Assembly (NCBI RefSeq): GCF_021869535.1
Contig: NW_026262668.1
Coordinates: 101,370,001-101,434,000 of the forward strand
Direction of reading: 5' to 3'
DNA: 64,000 nt
DNA from: Mytilus californianus
Lineage: Eukaryota
The position numbers and the translations under genes are program-made. Under the pieces are notes generated by a model. The model saw only the letters and a program-made list of their open reading frames with translations. It made no database searches and was not told where the DNA came from. Shown here one piece after another: positions 1-12,689 of the stretch (positions are counted from its first letter, which is position 1; every line of letters starts with the position of its first letter).

Positions 1-504
1 CTTTATTACGCAAAATTAATATATGTCTGTTCCCTTCCTCTAGTCATAAAAAAAGGGTTGGTCATTCAGATTTTTTTGGACTTTAAAACTCCCAAGTCTG
101 ACCTGTTTTACACATCTACCAGTAACTTGTGCATGGTAAATCTAATTACAAATTTGACTGAATATTGCATAGGAAAAAAAAAAGAATTTTTCAATATTTC
201 TTTGATAATTTGTTTTTTCAAGAAATTTCTAACCAATATTTCAATATTTTTTAAATCAATGACAATGATTGGGATTTTAAAAAAAAAACTGATCTTTTAA
301 GCATCAGAGTTGAATTGCAGGGTAAAACAACATCTAAAATATAGGATTTATTTGTTCTTGTTAGGAAACAGGGCTATATAAAGTATTCATTCTTTTTGTT
401 TGTTTGTTTGTATGTATTTTCATTCATCTGCACATTATATACACTCTTCTTCTTAAACCAAGGGACACTAGTCTCTGACCAGCATGATACATGTACATTT
501 CTGA

Positions 505-632
505 ATACGTACGTCCTGAAATTGGTATCTGTTCTCGAACTTTAGTTTGCCTCAACCAAATGTTATGACTGTTATGAAACTTATACTCAATGCTTATATA
601 TATAACCACAAAACACAGACCAAATTTGTACA
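505..632 (+). mobile_element. Fragment of a HINE/DINE-like core repeat (same family as 44351-44752)
   Basis: Shares 'aactttagtttgcctcaaccaaatgttatga...aaacttata...aatgcttat...accacaaaacacaga' with the intact copy at 44351-44752. Confidence 0.7.
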
Positions 633-2346
633 ATGTGATTTTGTCATATTTTGTTTACATTTATTTATGTATTGTTTGTTTAGTTACAATGTAAATAAAA
701 ATTATGTAATCTGAACAACTGATAAAACATGGATGTTTCATTTTTGGACATAAAAGGTCATTTGAACTTTCTAATTTTAGCTAGGTCTATAGAATAGGGA
801 TAAAGTTGAACTGAATCATCCATGAAAGTCAACCTTAATATCTATACATTTTTTAAATCTCCGTTGAAATTCAGGTGAGCGAGGCATGCTTGATATTCTT
901 TTACCAAATTACATTTTCTAAGGTTATCCTGTTTTAATTCAGTACATTTGTACTTTAATTCCAGTTATCTGGCTTGACAGTGAGCTGAATAGATAAAGTG
1001 CTGGTACATGTCATCACTTAGTATGAGATAGACTATCATAACGAAATAATGTTAGTGTGCACCAATATTCTTGCACATGGTAAGTTGTATTTAATTTTAT
1101 GAAAAACTGTTTAAAAAATATCAGGAGCAATCTGTTTCAATAGCTGTTTCTAAATAAATGGAAAATTGACTTGATCGATTGCACGAACATCAGTTAAGTA
1201 TGTTAGTTATTAGTTTTTGTGTAATATTTTATTAGTGTGATGTGTAATCTTAGAGCTTAATAGTGAGTTACTTATGATATTATTTACATTTGAAATAAAT
1301 TGTAATTGAAATACCTTCACTGATTTACAATTACCATAAACTTAAAAGTCATATATGAGACGAGTTTCTTGTAATTATAATGTTATCGAAATGATTTAAA
1401 CCAATGAATGCATATATAACTAAACTAAGTCCTGTATGCACGTTTTTTACATTTATCATGTTTAATAAGAACCTACAACTTATAAGTCGACCAATAATAT
1501 TTCATTCAGTGATTGTTGATCGCACGCTAATTAACTTTCAAGTTTGTTGCCAAAGTTTACTGGATTGTGAAATTGATAAACAATCAACACAGAGCATGTT
1601 GAGTATGTGAAAAATAAATAAATTGATAGAGCCATGATGTTTTCCATGCATTCCCATTTGTTAAATACACTTTTCCTTAACAGTTGTTAAATGATTTGGT
1701 GTATATAATTTGTTCTTTGAGAATCAGTTATTACTATTTACCTTCAAGTGTACATTAGTTTACATATAATTATCACAGTTTTCCCTAGCATTTGCGCTGT
1801 GTGATGGCCGAAGTTCTAAAGAGAGGTCTGGTAGTTAAGGTCACTGCATATGGGGAAATATTGGTGAATTAAGAGTATGGGAAGACAATAATTAAATAGC
1901 AGTACATTTATGAATTTTTTTATTATGTAAAGGATTTTCTTTTACAATAAAGTCCACATGCACTTGTTTTATAGTAAAACTTAGACATTCAGTTTAAAAA
2001 AATATATTCATCTTTTTTTTTAAATTTGAAGTTTTATATGACTTTAACAGATTTTACTGTGGTTTTACTTTTTGAAATAGTTATTTCATATTTATTCAGA
2101 AGGGAAAAAAATTAAAGAATATTAATTGTCTCAGAAAATATAATGGACCATTAGGAAATGAGCAGCAGATTTTTACCACTCCTAAATGAGAGCCTTTTCT
2201 ATATGATTATAAATTATGATATGTACTAGGCCATATTATATATATAATCTCTGACATAAGGAGATGTTGGAAGGGTACTTGCATGGAAAGAGACTATATA
2301 GTAATCCCATATCCTGCTATTCCTAATATATTACACTATCCCAACT

Positions 2347-2486
2347 GGGGCAGATCCAGGATTTTTTATTAAGGGGTGGGGGGGGGGCATAATTACCAAT
2401 AATTAATACAAAAAATGTATAATATTGTGAAAAAACATGATTTTTTATATATTTTGGCAATCACCACCCTCTTGATCTGCCACTGC
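2347..2486. mobile_element. Short MITE-like element
   Basis: Imperfect terminal inverted repeats ggggcagatccagg ... cttgatctgccactg around a G-run and A-rich core; no convincing TSD. Confidence 0.45.
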
Positions 2487-4355
2487 CAACATAAGTCTCA
2501 TATTCTTTATTTTATTACCATCTGCTGATCAATTTGTCTTGCATTTCATTATAGACTAGCATGAATATATATATATATATATATATATTTTTTTTGTCTT
2601 TTTTTTCAGGATTTAAAAACAAGGAGGTTATTTTACAACTAAAGAATTTCATCTTTCCATAAGAAGAAAGTATTTCATATGTTTTCCTGCACTGAACAAA
2701 ATGGGATAGCCAATTCGTAATGTGTTCACTTGGTTAAATGTAATACTTCAATTTTATATTGAAGTGCTGTGTTTATTGTTGTACTAAACACTTCTTGTTA
2801 TTATTTGTTATTTGGTTAATTATGAATACTAATAAACAATATATACTCTGTTATATGTTATTTTTTTGTTAGAACTCTAAAATTCACTCACTATTAACAT
2901 TCAGGTTGTTATTTTATGTGGTCTATGCGGTCAATACTCTTGTTAATTCATGTTTTACCTTAACACAATACAATGTATTGTATGTCTCTGGTCATATCAA
3001 AAGGTATAGTGACTTCTTGATATATTAATTGTTACTTATGTTGTTAAGATTTGATATTTATGAAGTGCTTCCATTGTTAATATCAAGTTATAGTGACTTC
3101 TAGTCTAGGTGCTCTGCAATTATTTCTACATAATTATTTTTGCCAAATAATTTACATATGATAACATTTGGTTCATTTATAATCATGTTAATACTTTGTG
3201 CTAAAACATTAATGTATTAAGAAAAGTTGTTTGGTGGTAATTGTTAACCTTGGGGAAAGTTTTATTCTGTCCATGTTTATTCAGAAACTTTTTTGAGTGA
3301 AGTATTGAATTATTTATCAATAATTACATATTAAAGTGTTCATTTTTTGTTTTGCCTTTGACATTATGACTAGTGGAAGCAAGACTTAGGCCTGCTGTTT
3401 CTGGTGTTAGTGGTATCAGTTGTTAAAGGTAGTGATTAGCTTACAGGACATATCTATATATGTGTTCATATTTTATTAAATATGAATTAGTTGTTAATAC
3501 TCATTTACAATAATACTATATGTAATTATTAAATGTATATAGAAGTACATTGAATACTTGTTAATTGTATTTTAATGGAGGTCTTTATCTAGTCAAAAAA
3601 CTTTTTTTTACTGATTTCAGTCATTTCTTTATACAGTTTGAGGAAATTGACTATATTAATGTTATAAACAATAGTTGTGATTTATTGTACTCATACATTT
3701 TGTTGTTGTTGTAATTTGTTTGTAGGAGGATATTATTGTTTATTTTTTTCAAAAATTTTACATTATCAGCATTAAATTGACAACAATTAATTGAATTCTT
3801 AAAAGTCGTCAACATAATTAGCATTAGTAATAAAACGTCAATTACAATAATGCATTAATTCATTGTTTTCACTTTAAATTATTGTTAATTTAAAAAAAAA
3901 ATTGAATTTAAGAGGATTTACAGCTTAAAAATTATATATTGTAACAAGATCTAGTCTTAGTCTGCCTATTGGACCATGTATACCTTTTAGGGTAATTACT
4001 TGACAATTTATTTATTAAATGTTACAAGAACTAGTCAGTTGACAATTATTATTGTTGTTATTTAAATATAATACTGAGTTAATTTATTTGTTTTTGTGTG
4101 TGTATTTATCTTAGTTTTCAATGTATGAGTATTTTTATTACTGGTCATTAATATTGTAACCTTTTTTTACAGTTAACCTTTTGATGTAAATGGGGTTTAC
4201 TTTTTACATGTAATTTGTTTTGTAAAGTGAGTCTTTAACACAACAATGATTTATATCATGTAAGATAGAAGTTTTACTCAGTCTTGACTTTATCATACTT
4301 ATTTAGACTGGTTTCAGTATTTATAGCAATTATAGGAACTGTAACTTAACCTTAA

Positions 4356-5459
4356 ATGATGTTTGGTTTATGTACACCATGGTCAAGGTTTCCAATTAAT
4401 CCAAAGCAGTTCAATTTTAGACTTTCTGTCATGCTTTTCACAATGTTATTTTTCCTTTTCTTCATCAATTATGTAAATGAACTGCCATCAATATTATCTT
4501 TACCACAAGAAACTGAATCAATGAGAACACTGTATAAGGACTGTATAGTACATAAAGAAGAAGTCATGGGACATATCACTTTTACTGTTTTCACTTCATT
4601 TGATTATATTGAATCAAAGTTCATAGCAAATCAAAATGCTTTAAAGAACTGGAAGGCTATCGAAGGTGTCAAAAACTTTGTTCTTTTTACAAACTGTAGT
4701 AGAGCACGTAAACTTGGTAAATCAATGAATTTTGTAGTACTACCAGTTATGGATTCAGCAATCGAGGGAGTTCCTGTCTTAAAATCAATGTACTTGAAGG
4801 TTTTAGCCTTGTACCCTACATCATATATAATGTTTTCTAATGCTGATATAATGTATGAAATTGATTTGATGGAAACAGTCAGATTTGTGAACAGTTTTGT
4901 ACAGGATGAAGGATTAGCAAGGAAACCTGTACTAATTGTTGGAAAGCGAACAAACTTGGACATTGACAGTGGCAAAAATGAATCATGGAAAAGTCTGATT
5001 AAAAAATCTGCTACATTAGGAACAAAGTTTAATGCTGATGCACTGGATTATTTCATCGTTGATAGAAAGTTTCCTTGGAAGGCATTTCCGAAGTTGGTAA
5101 TTGGACGTGTTGGTTATGACAACTGGATTGTAGCATTTTCTCGTTATAAGAACTTCACAGTAGTAGATGCGACAGGTTCGATATTGGCAGTACATCAAAC
5201 TATCAATGGTGCAAACTTTGAAGGATTCTCACACCATCATTTCTCATACAACCGTGACTTAATAGCAGAATCACTGCCTTCATATCAGTATGCATTATGG
5301 GGTAGGACAGAATGTTGTTACTTAGCAACTGGCCATGACAGTTGTGGTCAGCTGTATGTCAAAAACAGAACTTTAGTGCCACCATATTGTTTTCATCATA
5401 ACTTTCTACATGATATTAAAAAGCTTTTCAAGACACTGTTCGGGTTAGGATGTACATGA
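4356..5459 (+). CDS. Intronless type II membrane protein, putative GT-A-fold glycosyltransferase of an uncharacterised family (367 aa)
   Basis: Uninterrupted ATG-to-TGA ORF in AT-rich DNA. N-terminal hydrophobic anchor (LSVMLFTMLFFLFFINYV), stem, then YIMFSNADIMY (DxD-like NxD), IVGKRTN, ALDYF, VIGRVGYDNW and LAVHQT motifs, and a Cys-containing C-terminus. Product assignment is inferred from motif layout. Confidence 0.8.
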   Translation: MMFGLCTPWSRFPINPKQFNFRLSVMLFTMLFFLFFINYVNELPSILSLPQETESMRTLYKDCIVHKEEVMGHITFTVFTSFDYIESKFIANQNALKNWKAIEGVKNFVLFTNCSRARKLGKSMNFVVLPVMDSAIEGVPVLKSMYLKVLALYPTSYIMFSNADIMYEIDLMETVRFVNSFVQDEGLARKPVLIVGKRTNLDIDSGKNESWKSLIKKSATLGTKFNADALDYFIVDRKFPWKAFPKLVIGRVGYDNWIVAFSRYKNFTVVDATGSILAVHQTINGANFEGFSHHHFSYNRDLIAESLPSYQYALWGRTECCYLATGHDSCGQLYVKNRTLVPPYCFHHNFLHDIKKLFKTLFGLGCT

Positions 5460-7254
5460 TGTTTAATTAGGCTTTTCAGCACAATTCATAATTAGTTAAT
5501 TTATTAAATGTCCGTCACCAACAGGTTGTCCCTTATATACAAACTATATTTTTTCATATAGTTTGGTGCAAAATCAATTTTCATCACAATCGTATCTAGT
5601 GTTTATTATTTTTACTGATTTCAGGTATTTATTTATACAGTTTTAGGGAATTGACTATATTGATTAATATATTATTTAAACAATTGTTGTGATATTTTGT
5701 ACCCATACATATCTGTTCATACATTTTTATGTTTTGATTGATTTTGCTTGTTTTAATTTATTTTGCTTGTTGATGTAATCAATAGAGGGCAGTTTTGTTT
5801 ATTCTTTTTATAAATACATATAGTTGATATGTTACCTTGATTGGGTAGTTGTTAATTTAGTTAATTATTTATTACTTTACATACCATTATATAATAATAG
5901 ATGTTCTCTTTTAGGAGTGATGTATTTACTGCAATAAGCAATCTTGTTATTTGAAATTGAATTCTGTCTTGTTAAATGAATTGAGATTACTTGTTTGTGT
6001 CTTTTGTTAACTTAATTTAGAGATTATTTTTTGTTTCTTTTGTTAACTGAATTTTGAGATAATTTTTTGTTTCTTTTGTTAACTAAAATTTTGATAACTT
6101 TTTAACTGAAATTTAAAAAAAAAAATAATACTCAATATACCATTTGCCAGATAGCTTTCTGACATGGTAGGATTATTTATCATCATATTCTTTTCACTCA
6201 CCAAACTATACAGTCATATTGATTTGACAACTTTTGCAATAGAAATGGTACTTTAACCATTTTTTTTTATTATTATTACATAATGACATCTTTTAAATGC
6301 AACTTCTTTGAGACTTTTTGACAAAAAGATTTCATACTTACACATACATAGGATTGTTTATCAGTATGTTTTGGTTGACCATACTCTGTTGTCATTTTGA
6401 TTTGACAATTTTGTAGGAGTATGGGGACTTTGACCATTTTTGTCCCTTGCTGCAATGCATTGTGGGGGATATAGAAAACCTGGTTTGAATCCTGTATCTG
6501 TTTGTCAGGTTTTGTAAGCACTCTCACAATTCATTTCTTGCCAGATTTTCATAAAACTTATATCAAATGTTTTAATCAGCAATGTCTTGGATGGAAAGGA
6601 AAATCATTGCTAATCAATTATTTTTAAAGAAGTAATGTCACTTAGAAATGTTACATTGCATTTTAAGTGCTCTCAAGCTTACCTTTCTAGTAAGATTTTT
6701 ATGATATTCATACTGAAAGTTTATATCAGCTATGTCCTGGAAAAGTTCAGAAGTCAGTGCGGATCAACTATTTTTATAGGAATTATGTCACTTTGAATTA
6801 TAATTAAAAAATAGCTTTGTCACCACTCTCAAACCTACATATCTTGGCCGATTTAGGAATTTGTATAAGCAAGGTCTTGGACGCGTTTGATAATCAGCAC
6901 TTGTAAGCTATATTTCACAGTAATCCTTGGTAGTCAAAATTATAGGGCAAATTGTGTGGTTTATAGTGACTTCAAGGCAAGGTTTCTTAAGGATATCTAT
7001 GAAAAAGTTTAAAAGAATCAAGAAAAAACTATATTGGAAGTATTGCCCTTGAACATAAAATATAAATATGGGTATCAGTGGTGGACATTAGAATGCTGTT
7101 CTTTTGTTACACTACATAATGACACCTTGTGTCCACAACTCTGAGACCATCTGACAGAAAGCTTTCATACTTGTTTGTAATCATGTGTAATTCACCATGC
7201 TATACCATTATTTTTATATGACAGTTTTTACGGGAGTTGTTGGACTTTCACCAT

Positions 7255-7760
7255 TTTTAGCTCACCTGGCCCAAAGGATAAAGTGAGCTTTTCTCATCAC
7301 TTTGCGTCTGTTGTCCGTTAACTTTTACTAAAATCTTCTCCTCTGAAACTACTAAGCTAAATTTAACCAAACTTTTCAACTATCATCATTTGGGTATCTA
7401 GTTTAAAAGTTGTGCAGATCAGCAAGACAAGATGTACAAAAAAATCCACATTGCCGAAATAATCCAAAAACTTATTGGAGTTAATGCCCTTTAATGATGA
7501 TTTTTACCATTTTTGTCTTATATCTTAAAAATAATAAAAGATAGATGGAAACTTCTAAAGTCAAAATTAGCAGCAAGACAAGATCTACAAACAAGTCGAC
7601 ACTATTTTGGAGTTATTGCTCTTTAATGACAATTTTTAGAGATATTGCCTATCAAAGTAAAATCTTGAAAACTATAATGGATAGATAGACACTTAACATA
7701 GCAAAACTGATCAGCAAGACAAGATGTGTATTGTCTCTGATTTGACTATTCTTGCTTCAG
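7255..7760 (+). mobile_element. 5'-intact, 3'-truncated HINE (Helentron-associated) element, family F1
   Basis: Begins tttttagctcacctggcccaaagg...aagtgagcttttctcatcactt, as at 8510; followed by degenerate cores (cagcaagacaagatctacaaa). Confidence 0.75.
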
Positions 7761-8509
7761 TTACAGAAAGTACCTATAAATTCACTGAAAAAATTTCTAA
7801 ATATGTTGTCTTCCCCTTTGTTATGTCTATTGAGTGGCTTTCACCTATATAAAAATTTGGTAGGCCCATGACTGTTACAAAAGAAAGGAGAAATAGAACT
7901 TTATTTTTAGTGATATTTTGAACAATGTTGTAGTGCTTACTTTGAATAAATGTGTATCCTGTTTTAACATTATGTTTATTGATGTATAGTTTATTGTCAT
8001 GATAAACTGATACAATTCTTTGTCATCATTTAAGGTTGTATTCTGTATTCTGTGATTGGTGCTAAATTAAGGTTCAAGCAAATATGTATGTTATTTATAT
8101 TTGAGATATATGCATTTGTTTTTTTATACAGCCAATCATTTTGTACCATTCTTCCTACCAAACAGATAACACCAGCTAAGTTAATTATTCCCATTTCATT
8201 AATGTAACATTGGCGTTGATACCATGGTACATGTCCTTTATTTTTTCATGATACTAATGAATTAGTTGATTTCTATAACATATTCTTTGGTAATTTACCT
8301 TAAGTTGTAAAGTAATTTGAATTTGAAAATAATAATCACTTTTTGTGATGGAGTTTTAAAGTTGATTTGTCTAAATAACTGTCTTTTCCAGATATATCAG
8401 CTACATATGGTTCTGTTTTTGCCATACATGCATTGCAAAAACATTAAAAGAATCCCTGAAATTCTAAGTTTAATAAAAATCAGGTAAGAGTAAAGATCGT
8501 TGATTTTTT

Positions 8510-9257
8510 TTAGCTTACCTGGCCCTTAAGTGAGCTTTTCTCATCACTTGGCGTCCGTCGTCGTCGTCCATTGTTGTTAACTTTTACAAAAATCTTCTTC
8601 TCTGAAACTACTGAGACAAATTTTACCAAACTTGGCCACAATCATCATTAGGGTATGTAGTTTAAAAATTGTGTCCGATGACCCCGCCTGCCAACCAACA
8701 TGGACGACATGGCTAAAAATAGAACATAGGGGTAAAATGCAGTTTTTGGCTTTTATTTCTGAAACTAAAGCATTTAGAGCAAATCTGATTCGGGTAAAAA
8801 TGTTTATCAGGTTAAGATCTATCTGCAGTGAAATTTGCAGACGAATCAGACAACCTGTTGTTGGGTTGCTGCTCCTGAATTGGTAATTTTAAGGAAATTC
8901 TGCAGTTTTTGGTTATTATCTTGAATATTATTATAGATAGAGATAAACTGTAAACAGCAATAATGTTCAGCAAAGTAACATCTACAAATAAGTCAACATG
9001 ACAAAAATTGTCAATTGACCCCTTAAGGAGTTATTGTCCTTTAAAGTCATTTTCTGCATTTTTTAGGTGATTTTTGTAAACTTTTTCAAAAATCTTCTGC
9101 TTTTAATTTAACTTCTGGGCCAAATTAAACCAAACTTGGCCTCAATCATCATTAGTGTATCTTATACTATTTATTATGATTTTAACCCTATTAAACATGA
9201 TTTCCAAAACCACAGTAGATGCAGGTGAGCGACACAGGCTCTTGAGAGCCTCTAGTT
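8510..9257 (+). mobile_element. Complete HINE/DINE-like non-autonomous element, family F1
   Basis: T-rich target, 5' subterminal repeat agcttacct, (gtc)n microsatellite, core, 3' inverted repeat aggtgagcga, terminal hairpin aggctcttgagagcct, then ctagttt. Matches the established Helentron/HINE layout. Confidence 0.85.
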
Positions 9258-10671
9258 TATTTTAAGAACAGGTTCAAATCAATCATGTAGAAATTAAGCT
9301 TAACAATGAAAAATTGTTCATGCTTTATAGCAGTTCATTTGACTATATCAAATTCCTATATATATTTTTTTTTAAAGTGTCAGATTTTTGCAACAAAAAT
9401 GATATCCATAAATCAAATGGTTAGCCCATACTTTGGATCACTATTATAACATTGAAAAAGTTTTTTTTTTTGGAAATGTGATATACAAATTGTTTTTAAC
9501 ACCAATTCAAAAAAATCACAATATTGACAAGAAAAAAATGTCCTTTGAACAATGCTACAGAATACAAAAAAATCTCCTTGAATGAATATTTTTATCTGTA
9601 AATTTATACCTGATTTTATTGATAAATATTACATAAAACTTGTAAGCTTAGACTTTAAGATCATTCCTATACAGAATTTGATGTATACCCCACATTTACT
9701 TTTATTCTGATCCTTTACCTAGCTGGTTATATCTGTTGACAGTTGGAAATTAGTACGGAGTTTGAGAACTGGAATAATTTCAGATGATTGCAATGGGATG
9801 TATGTTATTGTTCATTAAACTGGGTAATGATGTTAAAGTTGAATTTTGTTTGTTAATTATTGGCATATATATATATATAATACATATTTCAATTGCAATA
9901 GGGAACATATTTATACTACTAAAATAAGGAGGTCCAATTTGTTAGCAGGCATGACGTAAAAACGACAAATCAAATAATTCAACTTTATACATAACTAATA
10001 TAGGACAATGGTGTTGATAAAAAATTACACCACTCCAGGCCCTTTTGTTTTCCATATGATTAATATTATCAATAATTAACAAGTTCCGGGTCGAATCCGA
10101 TACCGATACCAAATAGTAAATGTATGTATGTTCTGTATCTCTCTCCTTTAATAGGACCACCACCATGGGTTATGGTGTAAAGGAGGACATTTAACAAACT
10201 GTATCGGTACAGATTTAATGTGAGCATTTGCCTACCCAGTTCCCCAGCCTGGCCATGACGGGTCTTACTACCAGAAAGTTAACCGTCCCCAAAACAATAA
10301 ATACAATGCAATAAAACATACGAACACACAATCACCTGATTCACTCATCCTCAATATATAAAAAATGTAAAACATAGAGACAATTATATACAAAATAAGG
10401 GATAAGATCACCCTGGATGCCACACAAATGCCATGGCAACGAATGGGAAACGACATACTTGGATTCCAAAATATGCCACATGTAGTTTCCGGTTGTAGTA
10501 AGAAGACCAGGAAGAATTCACACAGAAAGATTTTGAAAGCAGAGAAAATTGTGCACCTTATAATCAGCATAAATTTATCTCTCAGATGCCTATACGAATA
10601 CTACGAATACTAAAAATAAGGCGTAGGTACTTTAATTCAGTCATGGACGTGTTCTAGTTATAATATATAAA

Positions 10672-10990
10672 AATAAGGAGGTTTGGTATAATTGCCAATG
10701 AGATAACTATCCACCTGAGACCAAGGAAAGTATATGTAAACAGCTATAGGTCACCATACATCCTTCGACAGTGATCAAAACCCAAGCCATATATTACAAG
10801 CTTTTGACTTGGGACTGGTACATAAAGAATGTGGTAGGGTTAAACATGTTTCTGAGCTTTCAACCCTCCTGTTAACTTGGATAGTGGTGAAACAGCACAA
10901 CTTATGAACAAACTGTAAAAATCAGCAAAAGTGCTTGACTCACCAGATCAACACCAAGCACAAAAAAACAACTAACAAAATTGACAAAAG
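10672..10990 (+). repeat. Degenerate copy of an abundant dispersed repeat (family P, 'gtggtatgattgccaatgagacaactctcc')
   Basis: Similar to the copies at 14930, 21378, 36955, 54275 and 56120 in this window. Confidence 0.65.
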
Positions 10991-12689
10991 ACACAAAGAA
11001 CCAATCTTAGAGTGATCACTGTTACTGAAAGCTAGTTTAAAACAAATAACAAATAAATATTGTTTTCCAAGACTGAAATATCAATCTGTACACATCCAAT
11101 GGATTTAGTGTAAAGACATAATCAGTCCGAGAAAAGCATGACCTTGTGCAATGCCTAAATATAAGTATCGACATGATGAAGGACCATAAGTGTTCATAAC
11201 TTGATAGTAATGTTGTAAAGCTGCAGCCAGTACATATTAAGTTATGTTTTGATTTGTTAACAACATCAATTCTGATATCAATAAATACAATATTCTAAGA
11301 TTTTACTTGTGAGTGTTAAGTTAATAACCTCTAAGAATATTTGTATTTAAAGGATCAATAAATTTACATAGATAATTTCTAAATTTAAGGGCTTTACAAA
11401 CAACATCATCCTTAAAAAAAATGGATGTGTTATCCTGTTTGTAATAAGGATTCTACAAATACAGCCAAACTTACAGATAAAATCTATGTATCAATGAAAG
11501 AATTTTGTAAAGATTTAAAGTAAATTATGGTAACAAAATCCCTGAATTAATAATTTACCAGTTATACATAGATTACTTTAACTGAAATCTAAAACATGAC
11601 TTCAGACATGGGCAACGTACTGCTTGTTAGGATGCAATTAACAATTTCATATAAAATGTTTGGGGTTATTCCCAGAATGAAAATAGCTATGGACAGAATA
11701 TATATATTGGACAAGTACCTCCATGACCTGCAGGTTACCCAGCCAAGTTTTTGTCAAGGGAGGCAAATATAGTTTCTGTATATATATGTATAGCATGGTT
11801 CTCCAGCAAGCATAGTGAACAAGTGGCAGTTAAAAATAGATTAAAATTTCACCAGAATTTTGGTTTTAGGGAAGCATCCATTAATTTGTGGCTCGGGAAG
11901 CATAGATTGGCCATACTATTTTTCTACTTTTTTGTATTTGATAGTAAGAAGTAGATGATCGTAGATGACTAAATTTCAATTTTTCTTGGGGTTGTTTTGG
12001 TAGGGGAAAATGAGAATAGTTTGTCTACTTGCCCTTTTTGGAGCAACCAATGAACCCTGAAGTGAATTTTTCAAAAGATTAGTTAAAACAATGATATTGA
12101 TACAGTTTTTATTTATCATGCCTACAAAACCACCACTAAGATGTTACTTGAGCATAATCCCTTGTCGACGCCTACGCTCTATGTTTCCTGATCTTAATCT
12201 GGTTGAAATCAGGACGAATTTGTCAATTTTCTCAAAAATCTTTGGCCTATTTTGATCTATTTTGGATATAAAAATCAACGTTTTAAACTACAACTTGAAC
12301 AACAATAGTTCTATTTAACTTTCTCACATGTCTTTTCATCAGCTTATAACATTTTTTATCTTTAAAAATTGAACTTCATAATCGAGGCCAAATATGGCAC
12401 TTACCGAACTTTCTCTTTTATGGTAAGTTTCAGTGTTTTGATATGTCACTGGCTTGAAAGCTATATCTTCAAGACATCACCTCTACCTTTTAAAGTTCTA
12501 ACAACAACGTACAGTGGTGAGGTGAACATATTCAGATCCTACCATATGCCCATATCATGAAATTTATTAACAATACATACTAAGTTATTCATATCACAAG
12601 AGTGTATAATCATACTTGTCTAGAAAAATGTTTGATTAAATATTACGATGTTTGAATCTACAAATGAACAATGAATTATTGCCCATGGA

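Noticed and set aside
4631-5198. Antisense ORFs within the GT-like gene
   Set aside because: Shadow frames of the real CDS.
10380-10615. Possible THAP-like or RT coding relic
   Set aside because: Only a vague W...CS resemblance, stops in the relevant frames, no diagnostic motif.
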